64,000 nucleotides of DNA from Eledone cirrhosa (taxonomy: Eukaryota). The notes under the pieces are model-generated. The model made no database searches and was not told the origin of the DNA. It saw only the letters and a program-made list of their open reading frames with translations. Where the stretch lies: NCBI GenBank assembly GCA_964016885.1, contig OZ024751.1, positions 28,582,001 through 28,646,000 on the forward strand. The letters are read 5' to 3'. The position numbers and the translations under genes were made by a program. This document shows positions 35,164 through 49,656 of this stretch, piece after piece. Position 1 is the first letter of the stretch; each line of letters begins with the position of its first letter.

Positions 35164-35758
35164 TTTCTTTATTGGCCACAAGGGCTGACATAAAGAAACA
35201 CATTACAGATGGCACAGGACGGTACGATGTGGGTTTTGTGTGTGTAAAGATTTTTATTATTTATATAAGAAAAGAAGAGAAAAAAGACATAGAAACATAT
35301 ATATATATATAAACAATAAAAATGTAAATTGAAACAATGAAAAATTCCCCAATATGGGCGAAACCTCTGAGGGTTACTCGTGGCAAAAACCTCACAAAAG
35401 ACCACGGCCACCCTGACCACCAGGGCAAGCGCCCTCTCTCAGTTTTGTACTCCTCAGTCTACAGGCGCATACTCAGGGCGGACCCGTTCACTTGGGCCAT
35501 TCTCGCTACATTCACTCACCTTTCAACAAACGTACTAGAAGACAACACTTGCCTCTCCACCCTGATTTTCCTCTTCAAGTGAAACTTGAAAAAGTTAATT
35601 AGGGATTCACCGAAGAGGAAAGTGTCCGTCTTCAACCCTTTCAACCTTGTCCACCACACAATCTCTTTCGCCATGGCCACCAGGCAGATGAAACTGCCTG
35701 CCCTTCCTCTTCTTTAAAGGAGGATGGCAGGGCTATCTGCACAATGGACTCAGTCGGT
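35163..35758 (-). mobile_element. 5'-truncated Tx1-like element, diverged (ATT)n subfamily
   Basis: Homologous ORF2 C-terminus, 3' end CCCTTGTGGCCAATAAAGAAATC(ATT)n, and TAATAAT at the 5' junction. Confidence 0.85.
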
Positions 35759-35801
35759 TAATAATATGTTGGAGGAAAATGAGGATACAAAAATATATAA
35801 A

Positions 35802-35871
<70 letters not shown>

Positions 35872-36582
35872 TGAATAAAACAAAAGGTAGTATTAATTCT
35901 AGATCTTTAGCAAAATAAAATAAAATAAACTACAAAACTAAAAAACAGGTAAAAATCCCATATTTCAAATAACAATAGTTATTGTCAATTTCTTTCTGTA
36001 AGTCGACAAATATTTTTCAGTTTGTAATTTTATATATAAATATACATATATATATATATATATACATATATACATATATATATATTTTATATATATAATA
36101 TATATACGATATTAAATAAATGGAAACTATATTTATAAATGGAAACTTTTATGCAAAGTTTTATTTATATCGTAAATATAATATATATCTATATTTTATA
36201 TTTAATATATATATATTTTATATATATAATATATATATATATTCATATCTCTCTCTGTCTCTCTCTCTCTATATATATGATTGTATAGAGAGAGATTTTG
36301 TAAAGTTTTCTATCATGACATACTTATTTTTCATTATTTTTGTAATTTATCATTTTATTTTATTTATATTTGCTTTCCTTTTATATATATATATTAAAGT
36401 GACACAATGTAGTAATCATCATCTGGAATGTGAAATTGTCAATTAGTTGTTTAAAAGTAGAATCCAACAATTAACAGCTATTTTTTCTTCTTTTGTCATT
36501 ATCACTATCATTATTAATATTATTATTATCATCATGATTATGATTATATGATTTTGTATTGTTAATATAATCATTCATTGTC

Positions 36583-36634
<52 letters not shown>

Positions 36635-36734
36635 TATATATATATATATATATAGATATATATATATATATCTATATATATACCTACTGATTTCCCTTTA
36701 TCGAGTCCCCTTTCTCTTTAATCGATATAAACTC

Positions 36735-36872
36735 TATTTTTTGCTTTATGCATTTTTTCTTCTAGTATTTTCCTCAATGCCATTTGCCCTTACAGTCCTG
36801 TACCTTCCTGTACTGTCCTTAATGTATACTTTATGTCAACCCTTGTGGTTAATAAAGGAAGCATTATTATTA
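36735..36872 (+). mobile_element. Tx1-like 3'UTR fragment
   Basis: CTGTACTGTCCTTAATGTATACTTTATGTCAACCCTTGTGGTTAATAAAGGAAGCATTATTATT. Confidence 0.75.
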
Positions 36873-37049
36873 TGTACAATTATTTTTGTTATTATCATCC
36901 TCATTTATGTGAAATTGATTTTATGGGTACATTTCTTCGGCAGGTCAAAAGAGGTAAGTGTATTTGTTTGTGAGAGTGTGTGGTTTTGTGTGTGTGTGTG
37001 CATGTGCGTGTGTGTGTGTGTGTTAGACTGGTTGTGTCAACTTAGTCCC

Positions 37050-37700
37050 CAAAGGATTTTAAGGTCAATTCTAAAGAATTTCTGAGTGGAATGGTGTAAA
37101 TGAATAAATGATTGGTGGGTGGGTGGCTAGGTGGAGATGGAAGAGTGGTGAACAACGGAAAAAAAAAAGATGAAGAAAAGTAATATTTGAAATAAAGTGT
37201 TTGGATAGGTTAAAAGTAGGTTACAATGTATCAGTTTGGCTGGTGATGATATGGTGAGGAAGAGTGGGGAAGATGAGTGTGGTTAACGAGTTAGTTTGGA
37301 AAACATATTGTCTTCTGATAGGACTTAGCCAAAATACTTAAGAGAATGAAGAAGTGCTTTCAATGGCAAGATTTGAACATGGATAAAGAAGGCAGCTTTT
37401 GTTGAGGAGAAAGAAAGGAAGATGGGTAGGAGGTGTGTGTGGGGCGGGAAATCTTGCATGATCTTGCTTATAGATTTATCGAAAGGAAAGAATGAAAACT
37501 AGAGTTTATTTTAGAAGACATAATAGTAATGATATTTTTGCGACTGGACTGAACGTGAGAATGGAATGGTCTGGGGGTTATAAGGGCAAATGCAGGAGAT
37601 TTTCAGCTTTATATTATTTCAGAAAAGATTGTCGATATAGCGAAGTGCAGGTAAAGAAAAATGGATGGTATTGTTGTTAGAAGCTATCAAAGAATATAAT
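37050..37700 (-). mobile_element. Possible highly decayed LINE RT C-terminal fragment
   Basis: Broken minus-strand translation (..LSPQQKL....VQILP..) resembles CR1-group post-RT sequence. Many stops and frameshifts. Confidence 0.3.
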
Positions 37701-38130
37701 GGCCAGGGTAGTTGGTTATCATTATTATTATCATTATTGTTGTAAATATTATGAATACTCGATCTACTGTCTGTAGAGTGTCAACAAATGACCTTAGACA
37801 GACGGACAGTACTTTTTTGAATACATGTACAGTGTCCAGCAGGGAAGTCTTTTATAGGAGAACAATTTGTGTGTTTTCTTTTTGCTGGGGGTCTAAATAG
37901 CTCAAAGATACACTCACAGTTTAATGGTATCGATCTCAAAGCTCCTATGGACAACTTGATGTTGTTAGGTGGCATTGACCATATATAGACAATTTCCATC
38001 TTCAAGTCAGAATATTTCATTAATATTTTTCAATTTCATTTAAGGCTTTGTTTTGGTCCCCTGGGATGGTAGCATTAATAGTCTGGCAGTCACACCTATT
38101 TCTCTACATAACAACAATGCTATTATTATT

Positions 38131-38732
38131 TTGGCAGTATCAGTAAAGCATCGGACACCATGTTTTGTAGCATGGAGTTATCGCCCTTTGCATTCTAAGT
38201 TCAAATCCTGCCAAGGTTAACTTTGCCTTTCATCCTTACGGGGTCGATAAAATAAAGTACCAGTCACGCACTGGGGTCGATTTAATCGACTTTCCCCTCC
38301 CCCAAAATTGCTGGCCTTGTGCCTATATAAGAAACCATTATTTTGGCAGTATCGGTAAAGTGTCGGACACCGAGCTTCGTAGCATGGAGTTATGGCCCTT
38401 TATGTTCTAAGTTCAAATCCCGCCAAGGGTAGCTTTGCCTTTCATCTTTACAGGGTCGATCAAATAAAGTACCAGTAAGCACTGGGGATGATTTAACTGA
38501 CTTTCCCCTCCCCCAAAATTGTTGGTCTTGTGCCAAAAGTAGAAACAATTATTATTATAGATATAGTGGTTTGGCAGTATTGGCAGAACATTGGACGACA
38601 TGCTTTGCAGCACATAGTTATGGCTCTTTACATTCTGAGTTGAAATCCTGCCGAGGTTAGCTTAGCCTTTCATCACTATGGGGCTCGATAAAATAAAGTA
38701 CAAATTGTTGGCCTTCTGCCTAAATCAGAAAC

Positions 38733-38745
<13 letters not shown>
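38131..38745 (+). mobile_element. Three head-to-tail copies of the (ATT)n-tailed SINE
   Basis: Units at 38131-38342, 38343-38556 and 38566-38745, each TTGGCAGTAT..GTTCAAATCC..TTTCATC..GTCGAT..CCTTGTGCC..AGAAAC.ATTATT. Confidence 0.85.
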
Positions 38746-38763
<18 letters not shown>

Positions 38764-39420
38764 GCTATTATTATCTGAAATCAGTTTAATTAAACAAAAG
38801 ATCAACAAAAAGGTTTTGTTCTCCTCTCCTATTTGGGAGGGGCCTTTTTTTTTTTATTGACAAGCAATAATAACTGACAATGAAATAAAATATTTGAGCA
38901 ATATTCATCTTTTAAAAATAAAAATTGCAATGAAATTAACAATTTTTTTGATATTTATATTTTATTATTTTTTTGTTTGTTTTTAAAGATAATGAACACA
39001 AATGAACATTATACTAATCATCATCATTATTATTACTATTATTAGAAATAATAATTATTATTATTACTATTATTATTAATATTATTATTATTAATTCATA
39101 TATTTGGAATTATCATTATCTTCTGAATTATCTAAGCTCTTCTTTGATGACAGATTCAAAAAGAAAATATAATAAGTAATTAAATAAAAAAAAAGATAAA
39201 TTAAAATAATAACAAAAAGTTTCAAAAGAAAAAAAAAAAGAATAGAAGTATGTGTGTGTGTGGGTGGGGTGATGATACAGATTATAATGACTTATGACTT
39301 ATGGATGACTTAGATGAAATGATTGGAAATCTTAACTATATCATCATCATCATCATCATCATCATTTTACGCCCGTTTTTCCCTGCTTGCAAGGGTGGTA
39401 CTTATAAATATAAGTATTTA

Positions 39421-39492
<72 letters not shown>

Positions 39493-39496
<4 letters not shown>

Positions 39497-39604
39497 CAAA
39501 GAAGGTGTGGTAAGATACCAGGTGGACCATAACAGACCAGAGTACTCGGCTCTAGCTGTCGAAATGGCAGGAGCTCAGCCACCGGGGTCCTGACACTTTT
39601 CCTA
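39493..39604. mobile_element. Family C Penelope-like terminus, internally deleted
   Basis: Same ends and organisation as 1654-1766. GTC GAAA TGGC aggagctca GCCACC GGGGTC. Confidence 0.65.
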
Positions 39605-39670
39605 TATATATAAACATATATACATATATATTACATATATATATACACATACATATATATACATATCACA

Positions 39671-39728
39671 ATATGACAGACTAAATGAGTTGGTGTAATA
39701 ACCCTATGAAACTTAAGTATCTGCATAT
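39671..39728 (+). ncRNA. Degenerate hammerhead ribozyme, family B
   Basis: ATATGACAGA CTAAATGA GTTGGTGT-aat-AACCCTAT GAAAC TTAA GTA^TCTGCATAT. Good stem I and palindromic UUAA loop, but core G5 is changed to A. Confidence 0.5.
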
Positions 39729-39802
39729 GCCACTGTTGTAATTGATTATATATATCTCGTCCCATGGGCTGGCTGCTCTAAGGCTTTGGATATTTATACC
39801 AA

Positions 39803-39846
<44 letters not shown>

Positions 39847-40149
39847 GGGGGGGGGGGGCTGAATCTCTTTCTATATTGACTATAAATTGAATAGATAATA
39901 CAATAGTTCAAAAAGTAAAGTACACAGCAAGTTTGGTAAGTAACCATGTTTTTTTTTTCTTTATCTTTTGTTTTCCAGATGATGATGATAATGATGATGA
40001 TGATGATACTGATGATGATGATGATGATACTGATGATGATGATGCAGTGGGGAGGGTTACATGGATGGATGACAACCACTGTTATACTAAGTTTCCTATC
40101 TCTTGACATCACTTACAAACAACCAACATCTTTCCCTTTCTCACCTTTT

Positions 40150-40185
<36 letters not shown>

Positions 40186-40186
40186 T

Positions 40187-40221
<35 letters not shown>

Positions 40222-40384
40222 CATACATACATATATATACATATATATATATATACACATATACTTATATATATATATATATATTATTTTATATATATTA
40301 CATTTATATTATATGCTTACTAATATATTTTTCTATCATTTATTACTTTTTTATATTTGTCTATATTATTATTATTACCATTAC

Positions 40385-40415
<31 letters not shown>

Positions 40416-40769
40416 TTACTATCTTTTTCTGTTATATTTTTTACCCTCTTCCTTCTTCTTCCTCCTACCACAAACATTTTCATGGGAAAACTAACCCAGA
40501 GGGAGTGGAAATGAAGCCCCTCCCTCCTCTCTCCTCGCCTGCTTCCCCCCCCCCCAAAAAAAAGGCGGAAAAAAAAGCAATGCAGCACCATTAAATGCCA
40601 GTGAGCCCATTTAAGGCTATTAGCATGAAAGGGTCATCCATTAAGGGCAAAACAAAAGCATCAAGACCGAGCTTGAGAGGCCATTAGAAAAGTAGTTTGG
40701 CAGACTTGGGGGTTTCTTTTTAGCTAAGCTAGTTTTGTAGCCAGAGATTGTTGTTGGACTTGAAGGTTT

Positions 40770-41240
<471 letters not shown>

Positions 41241-41280
41241 TGTCTGCTTGTATCTCTATCTGTAATGTGTCTGTCTGTTA

Positions 41281-41312
<32 letters not shown>

Positions 41313-42228
41313 CTGCTTGTATCGCTGTCTGTATGTGTCTATGTGTCCGTCTCTGTGTGTGTGTGTGTGTGTGTATGTGTGTGTGTGTATGTCTGTCTGT
41401 ATGTGTCTATGTGTCTGTCAGTCCATCTGTGTGTGTGTATGTGTCTGTGTGTGTGTGTATATATGTGTCTGTCTGTCTGTCAGTCCGTCTGTGTGTGTGT
41501 ATATATGTCTGCTTGTATCTCTGTCTGTATGTGTCTATGTGTCCGTCAGTCCATCTGTGTGTGTGCTTGTGTGTGTGGGTGTGTGTGTACAGATGTGTAG
41601 GTGCATCTGTCTGTCTCTATGTGTGTAGATCTATCTTTCTGTGTGTATGTGTGTATATATGTGTAAGTCTCTCTTTCTGTGTGTATGTGTGTATATATGT
41701 GTAGATGTGTCTCTCTCTCTCTCCGCATAAGTCTATCTGTCTGTCTCTCTGTATATTTGTGTGTGCATGTTTGTTTCGGTGTACATGCGTATCTGTCTGT
41801 CACACTGTGTCTATGTATGTGAATATGTATGCCTTCATGAGTGTGTGTGCATGAGTACATGTGTGTGCATGAGTGCTTGTATGTCTTCATGTGTATGTAT
41901 GTATGAGTGCGTATGTGTGTGAGTGTGCATGTTTTGAAAAACAAGTTATAAAGCACATTCGCAGCAGCTTTATCTGGCAAACATAACAGATTTCAAAATA
42001 GAAATCAAATGCACACACATACACACATGCACACACGCATACACACATGTATGCACATATGTGTGCATATATATGCAAGCTTGTGCACATACACTGCAGC
42101 TGAGTACAGTAGAGCTATGCCATTAAGTGTTATATGCTGCAATATATATTGCTGAATAACACACACATTACAAGACAATCTAATATCTTAAATGGGATAA
42201 GAACAAAAAACCAGTACAACAACAACTA

Positions 42229-42289
<61 letters not shown>

Positions 42290-43522
42290 GCCAACCCATG
42301 CCAGCATGGGAAAACGGATGTAAAACGGTAGTGATGATGACGATGATATATATAAATATACATAATATAAATACATATAAATATACATAATATAAATACA
42401 TATAATATACATATATATATATATATATATACCTTCTCTATATGTACCCGATATAGATAGACAGATGATAGTCAGTGAAAATTGTCCATGTCAGAGACAT
42501 ATAGATATAAATCCTTTTGTAGGCTAAAAATAATTGCCTAGACACTGTAGTATAAAAGTAATAGTAGATTTTTTTTATTATATATATAGATATATATATT
42601 GGTAGCTCACAGAAATAGCTCAAGTTAGGCCTTTTTTCCCACTCTCTCTCTCTCGAAGTAGCTATTAGTTGTGTGTTGTGCATTGATGCCACTCTTGTAC
42701 AAGACATCACTGCAATGTTAACTGCATTAACACATTTTCTAAGCAGCTTACATTATCTTGATCAGGGTCAACAAATAGAGTAAGGAGCCAAAAAGAAAAA
42801 AAAAATGAAAAAAAAAAAAACTGTGAAATTTAAAAAAAAAATGAAATAAAATATGTAAAAAAAACATTACCCTCACCTCCACCATAATCACCCACCCCTA
42901 TTTCACACTGGTTTTATGCACATGTGCACATGTATGCACATTTATGTGCATATAGATATTACATGTGCATGTACAACCTAATTCAACATGTATGAAATGA
43001 AACACTTGTAGAAAGAGTTTTGTGTTTTGGAGTGTTGTGTTGTGTTGTGTTGTGTTGTGTTTTGTGTTGAGTTGTGTTGTGGAGATGTTATGTTGTGTTG
43101 TGGTGTTGTATTGTTTTATGTGTTGTGTTTTCTTATAGTGTTGTGTTGTGTGGTGTGGTGTTATGTTGTGTGGAGGTGTTATGCATTACACTGTGGCTTT
43201 ATGTGGTGTGTCAGTAAATTCTGCAAGTTCAAAATATGGCCACCAATTTCTTTCACTGATATCAGAATTAAAATTTTATTATTATTATCATTTTTTTGCC
43301 TGCTGGTTTTCTGGGGAAAATAATTATTTTCTAGGGTTAATCAAGACATGGCATCTTCAGCCGTATTCCAGAGAAGGGTACAACTATCGTAATGGAGGAT
43401 TTCAAATGTTCAGATTTTTTAATTACAAACACACACTAAAACAAAAAAAAACCAAAAAAATTATGAAAAATTAAATATTATTAATAATGATAATGTTTCC
43501 TGGGAGAAAAACGAAATTAAAG

Positions 43523-43583
<61 letters not shown>

Positions 43584-43634
43584 ACTTTGATAGGTTTCAT
43601 GTCTAACACACACATATATATATGTGTATATATA

Positions 43635-43679
<45 letters not shown>

Positions 43680-43798
43680 TGCCAATCCAGAACAAAATAA
43701 TAAAGCATTGTCAAAAATAAACATAAAATAAGTGAAATAATAAGCTTCTTAATTGGAAAATGAAGAAAATAATAAAAATTTTACAAAAGAAAAAATCC

Positions 43799-43862
<64 letters not shown>

Positions 43863-44248
43863 ATTAGAAACTAAATATGCAATAGTAATTTTAAAACAAT
43901 ATACTGAAGAATTCTCTCTCTCTCTCTCTCTCCCTCTCTCTCTCTCTCACTCATTTAATAACATATTACTGTAATGACTCTGAAGAGAGAGGCTACAAAA
44001 TAAGATGCAAACATGCTCTTGCTAGAATGCACAATGCACAATGCACACATATAACTTCATGGTTAGTTTTGTTGATTGTTTTTTTTGTTTCTTGCTTTTT
44101 TTCTGGTAGTTTGTTTGGTTGAAGTGGCAGTTGGGGTTTAGTTGGGGGAGGAGGCTCACTTAATGCATCATGAAATGGTAAGACTAAAATCAGCTTCTGA
44201 TCTTACCAAAGACAATAAATAAATACATTATCAAATATATATATATAC

Positions 44249-44311
<63 letters not shown>

Positions 44312-44640
44312 TATACGTATGTATATATATATATATATATATGAATGTATATATGTATGTATATGTATGTGTATATATATATACACACACACACAGAGAA
44401 AGAAAGAGAGAATGAGAGAGAGAGAGAGAAATTCAGTCAGTAAGTAAGTAGATGGAGAGTTTATATATTACTTTTTTTTCTGAGAGAAGATTTGGTCGTG
44501 AAAAAAACATAAAGACATAAAGCTGTTATTATCGAGATCGGCCATGCTAAGAACTAACAAAAAGATTGTCTGATTATTGAGATACTTCTACTGATACTTT
44601 CAGATATCAGGTGAGAATTTCCACACATATACACACACAC

Positions 44641-44711
<71 letters not shown>

Positions 44712-44930
44712 GAGAGATAGAGAGAGAGAGAGGAAGAAATAAACAGACATATACATACACATATAACAATTTCCATACACACACACACACATATATATAT
44801 AAACATACAGACATATACACACATAGAGACACACACATATATATGTACACATTTATGCAGACACATATATGAGAATTTCCATGCACACACAAGTACACAC
44901 ACCTACATATATATGCACACAGGCATATGC

Positions 44931-44991
<61 letters not shown>

Positions 44992-45521
44992 CATACACAC
45001 ACACATCTACACTCACACACAGATGCACTGAATATATTACTAGGAGTTAAAAAAACACTCGTCATCTTCATCCCAATAAAAACAGACAAGAAAAATATCA
45101 AATATATAAAAACATAAAAAAAAAGGAAAACAAAAGCAAAACAGCTTTTTTTCTTCTTTTTAAACACATTAGATATCAAAAGATTTGTGTGTGTGTGTAT
45201 GCGTGTATGTGCTAGTGTCTATGTGTGTGTGTGTGTGTGTGCATATGTGCTAGTGTGTATGTGTGTGTTTCCTAGGAAATGTGTGTGTGTATGCGTGTAT
45301 GTGCTAGTGTCTATGTGTGTGTGTGTGCACATGTGCTAGTGTGTATGTGTGTCAGTGAGAGTGTGTGTTTCCTAGGAAATGTGTGTGTATGTATGTGTGT
45401 GTGTCTATTTCTTTTATTACCCCCCCCCCCCCCCCCCCCACACACACAGTTGTGTATCATGCCAAAAACACATCTAGATAATGATTTTGATTGAAAGATA
45501 TATACATACAAATAACAATGC

Positions 45522-45575
<54 letters not shown>

Positions 45576-46091
45576 ATGTATGTATATATGCATGTATTTA
45601 TAGATGTATGTATGTATGTATACATGTAAATATGTATGTACATATATATATATATATATATATATGAGTCTATATGTGTGTATGTGAGTATGTATATATG
45701 TATGTATGTATGAATGTATGTATGTAAGTATATATGTATGTGCATGCATGTATGTAAGTATATATGTATGTAAATGTATATGTATGAATGTATGTATGCA
45801 AGTATATATGTATGTAAGTATATATGTATGTAAATGTATCTGTATGTATGCAATATACACTGCAAATAAAAAGATCCTGGCACAAGTGACAGAGAAAAGA
45901 GTGACAAATGAGACAATATTCCCCACCCCACACCATTTATTGGTGTATTAATTGAAAAGAAACTGTGTAAAAGCTCTTGTTTTAATACAGAAACAATATA
46001 ACGACACTATAATCTAGAGATTTTATAGCTAAAGACTAATTATTCGTGACTGATTTCAGGGGTCTCTTGGTTATATATATATATATATATA

Positions 46092-46378
46092 TCATCATCA
46101 TCATTTTACGTCTGCTTTTCCCTGCTTGCAAGGGTGGGATGGGAACTGATTCTGGCTTGATTTCTACAGCTGGATGCCCTTCCTAACACCAACCTCATTT
46201 ACAGTGAGTGCTGGGTGCTTTTTTGCCGTGACACCTCCACGACCACTTTGCAGTGGAATGATATGGACCCCAGTCCCTATCATCTCATTTCTACAGCTGA
46301 GTAAACTGGAGCAATGTGAAATAAAGTGTCTTGCTCAAGGAAACAAGACATCACCCGGTCTGAGAATTGAACTCACTT
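46092..46378 (-). mobile_element. CORE-like SINE with RTE-derived tail, 5'-truncated
   Basis: Near-identical reverse complement of 27090-27370. (GAT)n tail followed by (TA)n. Confidence 0.85.
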
Positions 46379-46402
46379 GCATGAACTCATAATCCTTTAT
46401 TT

Positions 46403-46439
46403 ACTGCTATATATATTTCGATAATAGCCATCAGGCAGT
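46403..46439 (-). ncRNA. Degenerate minimal hammerhead-like motif
   Basis: ACUGC CUGAUG GCUAUUAUC GAAA U AUAU A UA^GCAGU. Perfect 5-bp stem I and AUAU loop, but A9 and stem II are defective. A similar inverted piece lies at 46478-46508. Confidence 0.4.
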
Positions 46440-46499
46440 TAGTCAGTTTTTAGATATGCCAGCTCTATGTTTTTGGTGTTGATGGTTTCAGAGCCTGAA

Positions 46500-46536
<37 letters not shown>

Positions 46537-46552
46537 TATACATACATACATA

Positions 46553-46584
<32 letters not shown>

Positions 46585-46950
46585 AATATATATAAATAGT
46601 TGGGAGTTGTCGTCATGTCATTTGACACTTGACACATAAATATATGTAGCTAAGGGTTCACCTTGGAATGAAATACAAAGTAGTGAAAAAATATTCTATA
46701 CCATAGTAGAGCAAAATAATATTTATTAAAACTGAGTCTTTATGTGTTACTGCATGTCATTAATCCTAAATCATACACTTACATATATATATTCATACAC
46801 ACACACACACATACTTATATATATATATATATATATAATATATATATATATTATATATATATATATATATAGACACATATATATGCATATATATATATAT
46901 GTATACATATATAATGTAATACAATCAACAGAAGTATATTCCACATGATC

Positions 46951-47017
46951 TAAGAGGACTGATGAGGGTATAAAGTTACTATGCTATAATTATATGAAAC
47001 CATTTGTAGCCACCTTG
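46951..47017 (+). ncRNA. Degenerate hammerhead-like motif, family D
   Basis: AAGAGGA CTGATGA GGGTATAA...TTATAT GAAAC cattt GTA^GCCACCTT with a weak stem I. Followed by the conserved hairpin at 47047-47073. Confidence 0.45.
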
Positions 47018-47206
47018 TATGCTAGCTATTCATTGTATTGCATTCAATTCTACCAGCCTGGTATTTAGTGTTCTTGTATATATAATCACCTGTCAAAATG
47101 GAAACTGAGCAATGAGCATTATATTCAGCACCATGCAGATAGATAGATAGATAGATAGATTATATATAGATAGATAGATAGATTGACTTATAGATAGATA
47201 GATACA

Positions 47207-47313
47207 TTTCTTTATTAGCCACAAGGGCACAAAAGAAGGGGACAAATACAAATGGGGAGTTTACATACAGGTATATGAAAATAAAACTATTAATAAAATA
47301 ACAAATAACAACG
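47207..47313 (-). mobile_element. Tx1-like 3'-terminal fragment within (ATAG)n
   Basis: Minus strand ends CCCTTGTGGCTAATAAAGAAATG(TATC)n. (ATAG)n on both sides. Confidence 0.7.
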
Positions 47314-47751
47314 GATAGATAGATAGGTAGATAGATAGAGATAGATAGATAAGTAGCTAGATTGATAGATAGATAGATAGATAAATAGATTGACTGATAG
47401 ATAGATATGCAGATAGGCAAAAGATGCTGGCAATCTTGAGAGAATTTGAAGAAGGAAAAAGGGGAAAGTAGATGCAGAAGAGAAAGAGGAAATGAAAGTA
47501 ATGAAAAAAAAAGCATTCTTGTTGGTCTGACAAAAGATAGCTAAGCTCTCAAAGAACACGGTTCAAAAGGGATTATGTTAAAACCTATCAGTAGAGGGCA
47601 TGCCTTTGCTTTAAAGAGAAACACAAGAAAACCATCATCTTTGTTGTATTTTTTGATAGTTCTCTATCTTTATTTTGTTTTTCTATAGAGTATTATATAG
47701 AATCCTTCACTCAAAGCTATATATATATACATTTATATATATATAAATTTT

Positions 47752-47800
<49 letters not shown>

Positions 47801-47988
47801 ATAACATTACTGAGCTTGCAAAAAGTCTAACTAAATTATCATTTATTCTCTCTCTAATATTTCTTTAAAAGAAAAAAAAAAAAAGAAACAAATATTGAAA
47901 TGCCACAAGTAAACTAGAAATATATATATATACATACACACACTCACATACTTATATACATATATATGTGTGTGTACTTATGTGTGTC

Positions 47989-48040
<52 letters not shown>

Positions 48041-48306
48041 TATATATATATACATATATCTATATATATATACATGCATTCATATATATGCATATATATA
48101 CATACATACATATATATATATAGAGAGAAACATGTGTGTATTCATATGTATGCACAATAAACTGCCATTCGCCATTTCTAAAATGGAAGAAACGAAACAA
48201 TTATGACCTGTGTATGTTATTGATTTTTACATTTTGCTGTCCTACCTCTTTTTTTTTTTTTTTAATCTTTTTGGTTGATGAGGGGAATGTCATTATTGTT
48301 ACTATT

Positions 48307-49645
48307 GGGAGGAAGCTATCACTGAAAGGTCGCGCGGAGGTGGCGAATGCGTACATCGCGTCCATCATCTACTACCGCCTGACCGTCGTGCCTTGCTCCC
48401 CCGTCCGCGCCTCGTCAAGTTGGAACGGCTCCTCTTCAAATTCTTGTGGAATGGACAAGGTCCGTTGGTGAGGTGGTCCATCTGCTGCCACCACCCTCTA
48501 CGCGGAGGGCTTGGCATGCCGTGGCTAATGATGCGCAGACATGCGCTGAGGCTGCGACATCTCCAGATATTCTGCCTAAACGGTGAACAGGTGTGGTCGC
48601 CGTTTATCAGACAGGCCTTTCTGCAGCTCATTTCTTTGACTGAGCTGCAGTCCTGGGTCAAGAACAGACCGAGACTGGGTGATTGGCACCTGGAATGTTG
48701 CCAGGCACTCACTGCCCTCTACCAAGCGGGCAATGCGATCAGTGGAACTTCCACTCTCGAGTTCTATAGAGGATTAGTGGTGGGCAAGTACGATGACGCA
48801 CTCGGAGAAGCTTTGGGCCTCGACGAAGTCGAACTGATCAGTCTGTACCGGAGGACTTTCGAGCCGGGGACGATGGACAATTTCCAGAAATCCCTCGCTT
48901 GGCAGTGTTACTGGGGGCACTGCCGGTCCAGGATAAACTCTACAGGCATGGAAGTGCTGTCAGACGGACCTGCCCAAGATGGGCACAGAGCGACGAAACC
49001 GTTCTGCATGCACTTGTCCAATGTCCGTGCATTACTGACTTGTGCAGCTATGTCGAACAGCTACTGTCGCGTGTGGAACGAATCCGGCTATCGACCCGCC
49101 ACCTTCCTTAGGTCAGGAAGAGCAGGCAATTTTCCTCTGTCTGGTGGCCGTTGCGAAAGAGGTTATATGGTGGACCAGATTAAAAGGACTGAAGATGGAC
49201 ACTTTTCTCTTCGGCGAATCCCTCATCAACTTCTTCAAGTTTCACCTGGTAAGGAAGGTGAGGGTGGAGAGAGAAGTGCTGCCCCCCAGTAAATTTGCTA
49301 AAAGGTGGATGAATGTGGCGAGAATGGCCCCTGTGAATGGGCCTACTCTGACCATGCACCTATAGGCTAGCTAACTTGAGGAGAGGGGTGCTATCCCTGG
49401 GTGCCCTAGAAGCGCAGGGTGGTTCAGGATTGGTGGGGTACCTGAGTCACCCCTGGGTCGTCCACGCCCTATCGGGGAATTTATTTTGTTATATTTATGC
49501 ATAGTTTATTTTATATTTTCATAGTTTCATTGTTAAATTAGTCTTGCCATTGTGCACTTTTACTCGACCTTATTGTAAACCCCACTGTCCGTGTCTTTGT
49601 ATTGTCCCTACATGTCTGCTCTTGTGGCTAATAAATGAAATCACT
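48307..49645 (+). mobile_element. 5'-truncated, frameshifted Tx1-like element, (ATT)n-associated
   Basis: RKLSLKGRAEVANAYIAS, GGLGMPWLMMRRHALRLRHL, FQKSLAWQCY, CPRWAQSDETVLHALVQCP and NGPTLTMHL. 3' end CTTGTGGCTAATAAATGAAATCACTATTATT. ATT-like repeat at the 5' junction. Confidence 0.92.
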
Positions 49646-49656
49646 ATTATTATTAG

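Noticed and set aside
38131-38745. CRISPR-like or satellite array
   Set aside because: The units are about 200-bp diverged SINE copies in eukaryotic DNA, with no repeat-spacer structure or cas genes.
42515-42560. TAGGC..GCCTA-GACAC-tgta-GTA hammerhead-like remnant
   Set aside because: No CUGANGA and GAAA is mutated, so it is too degenerate to call.
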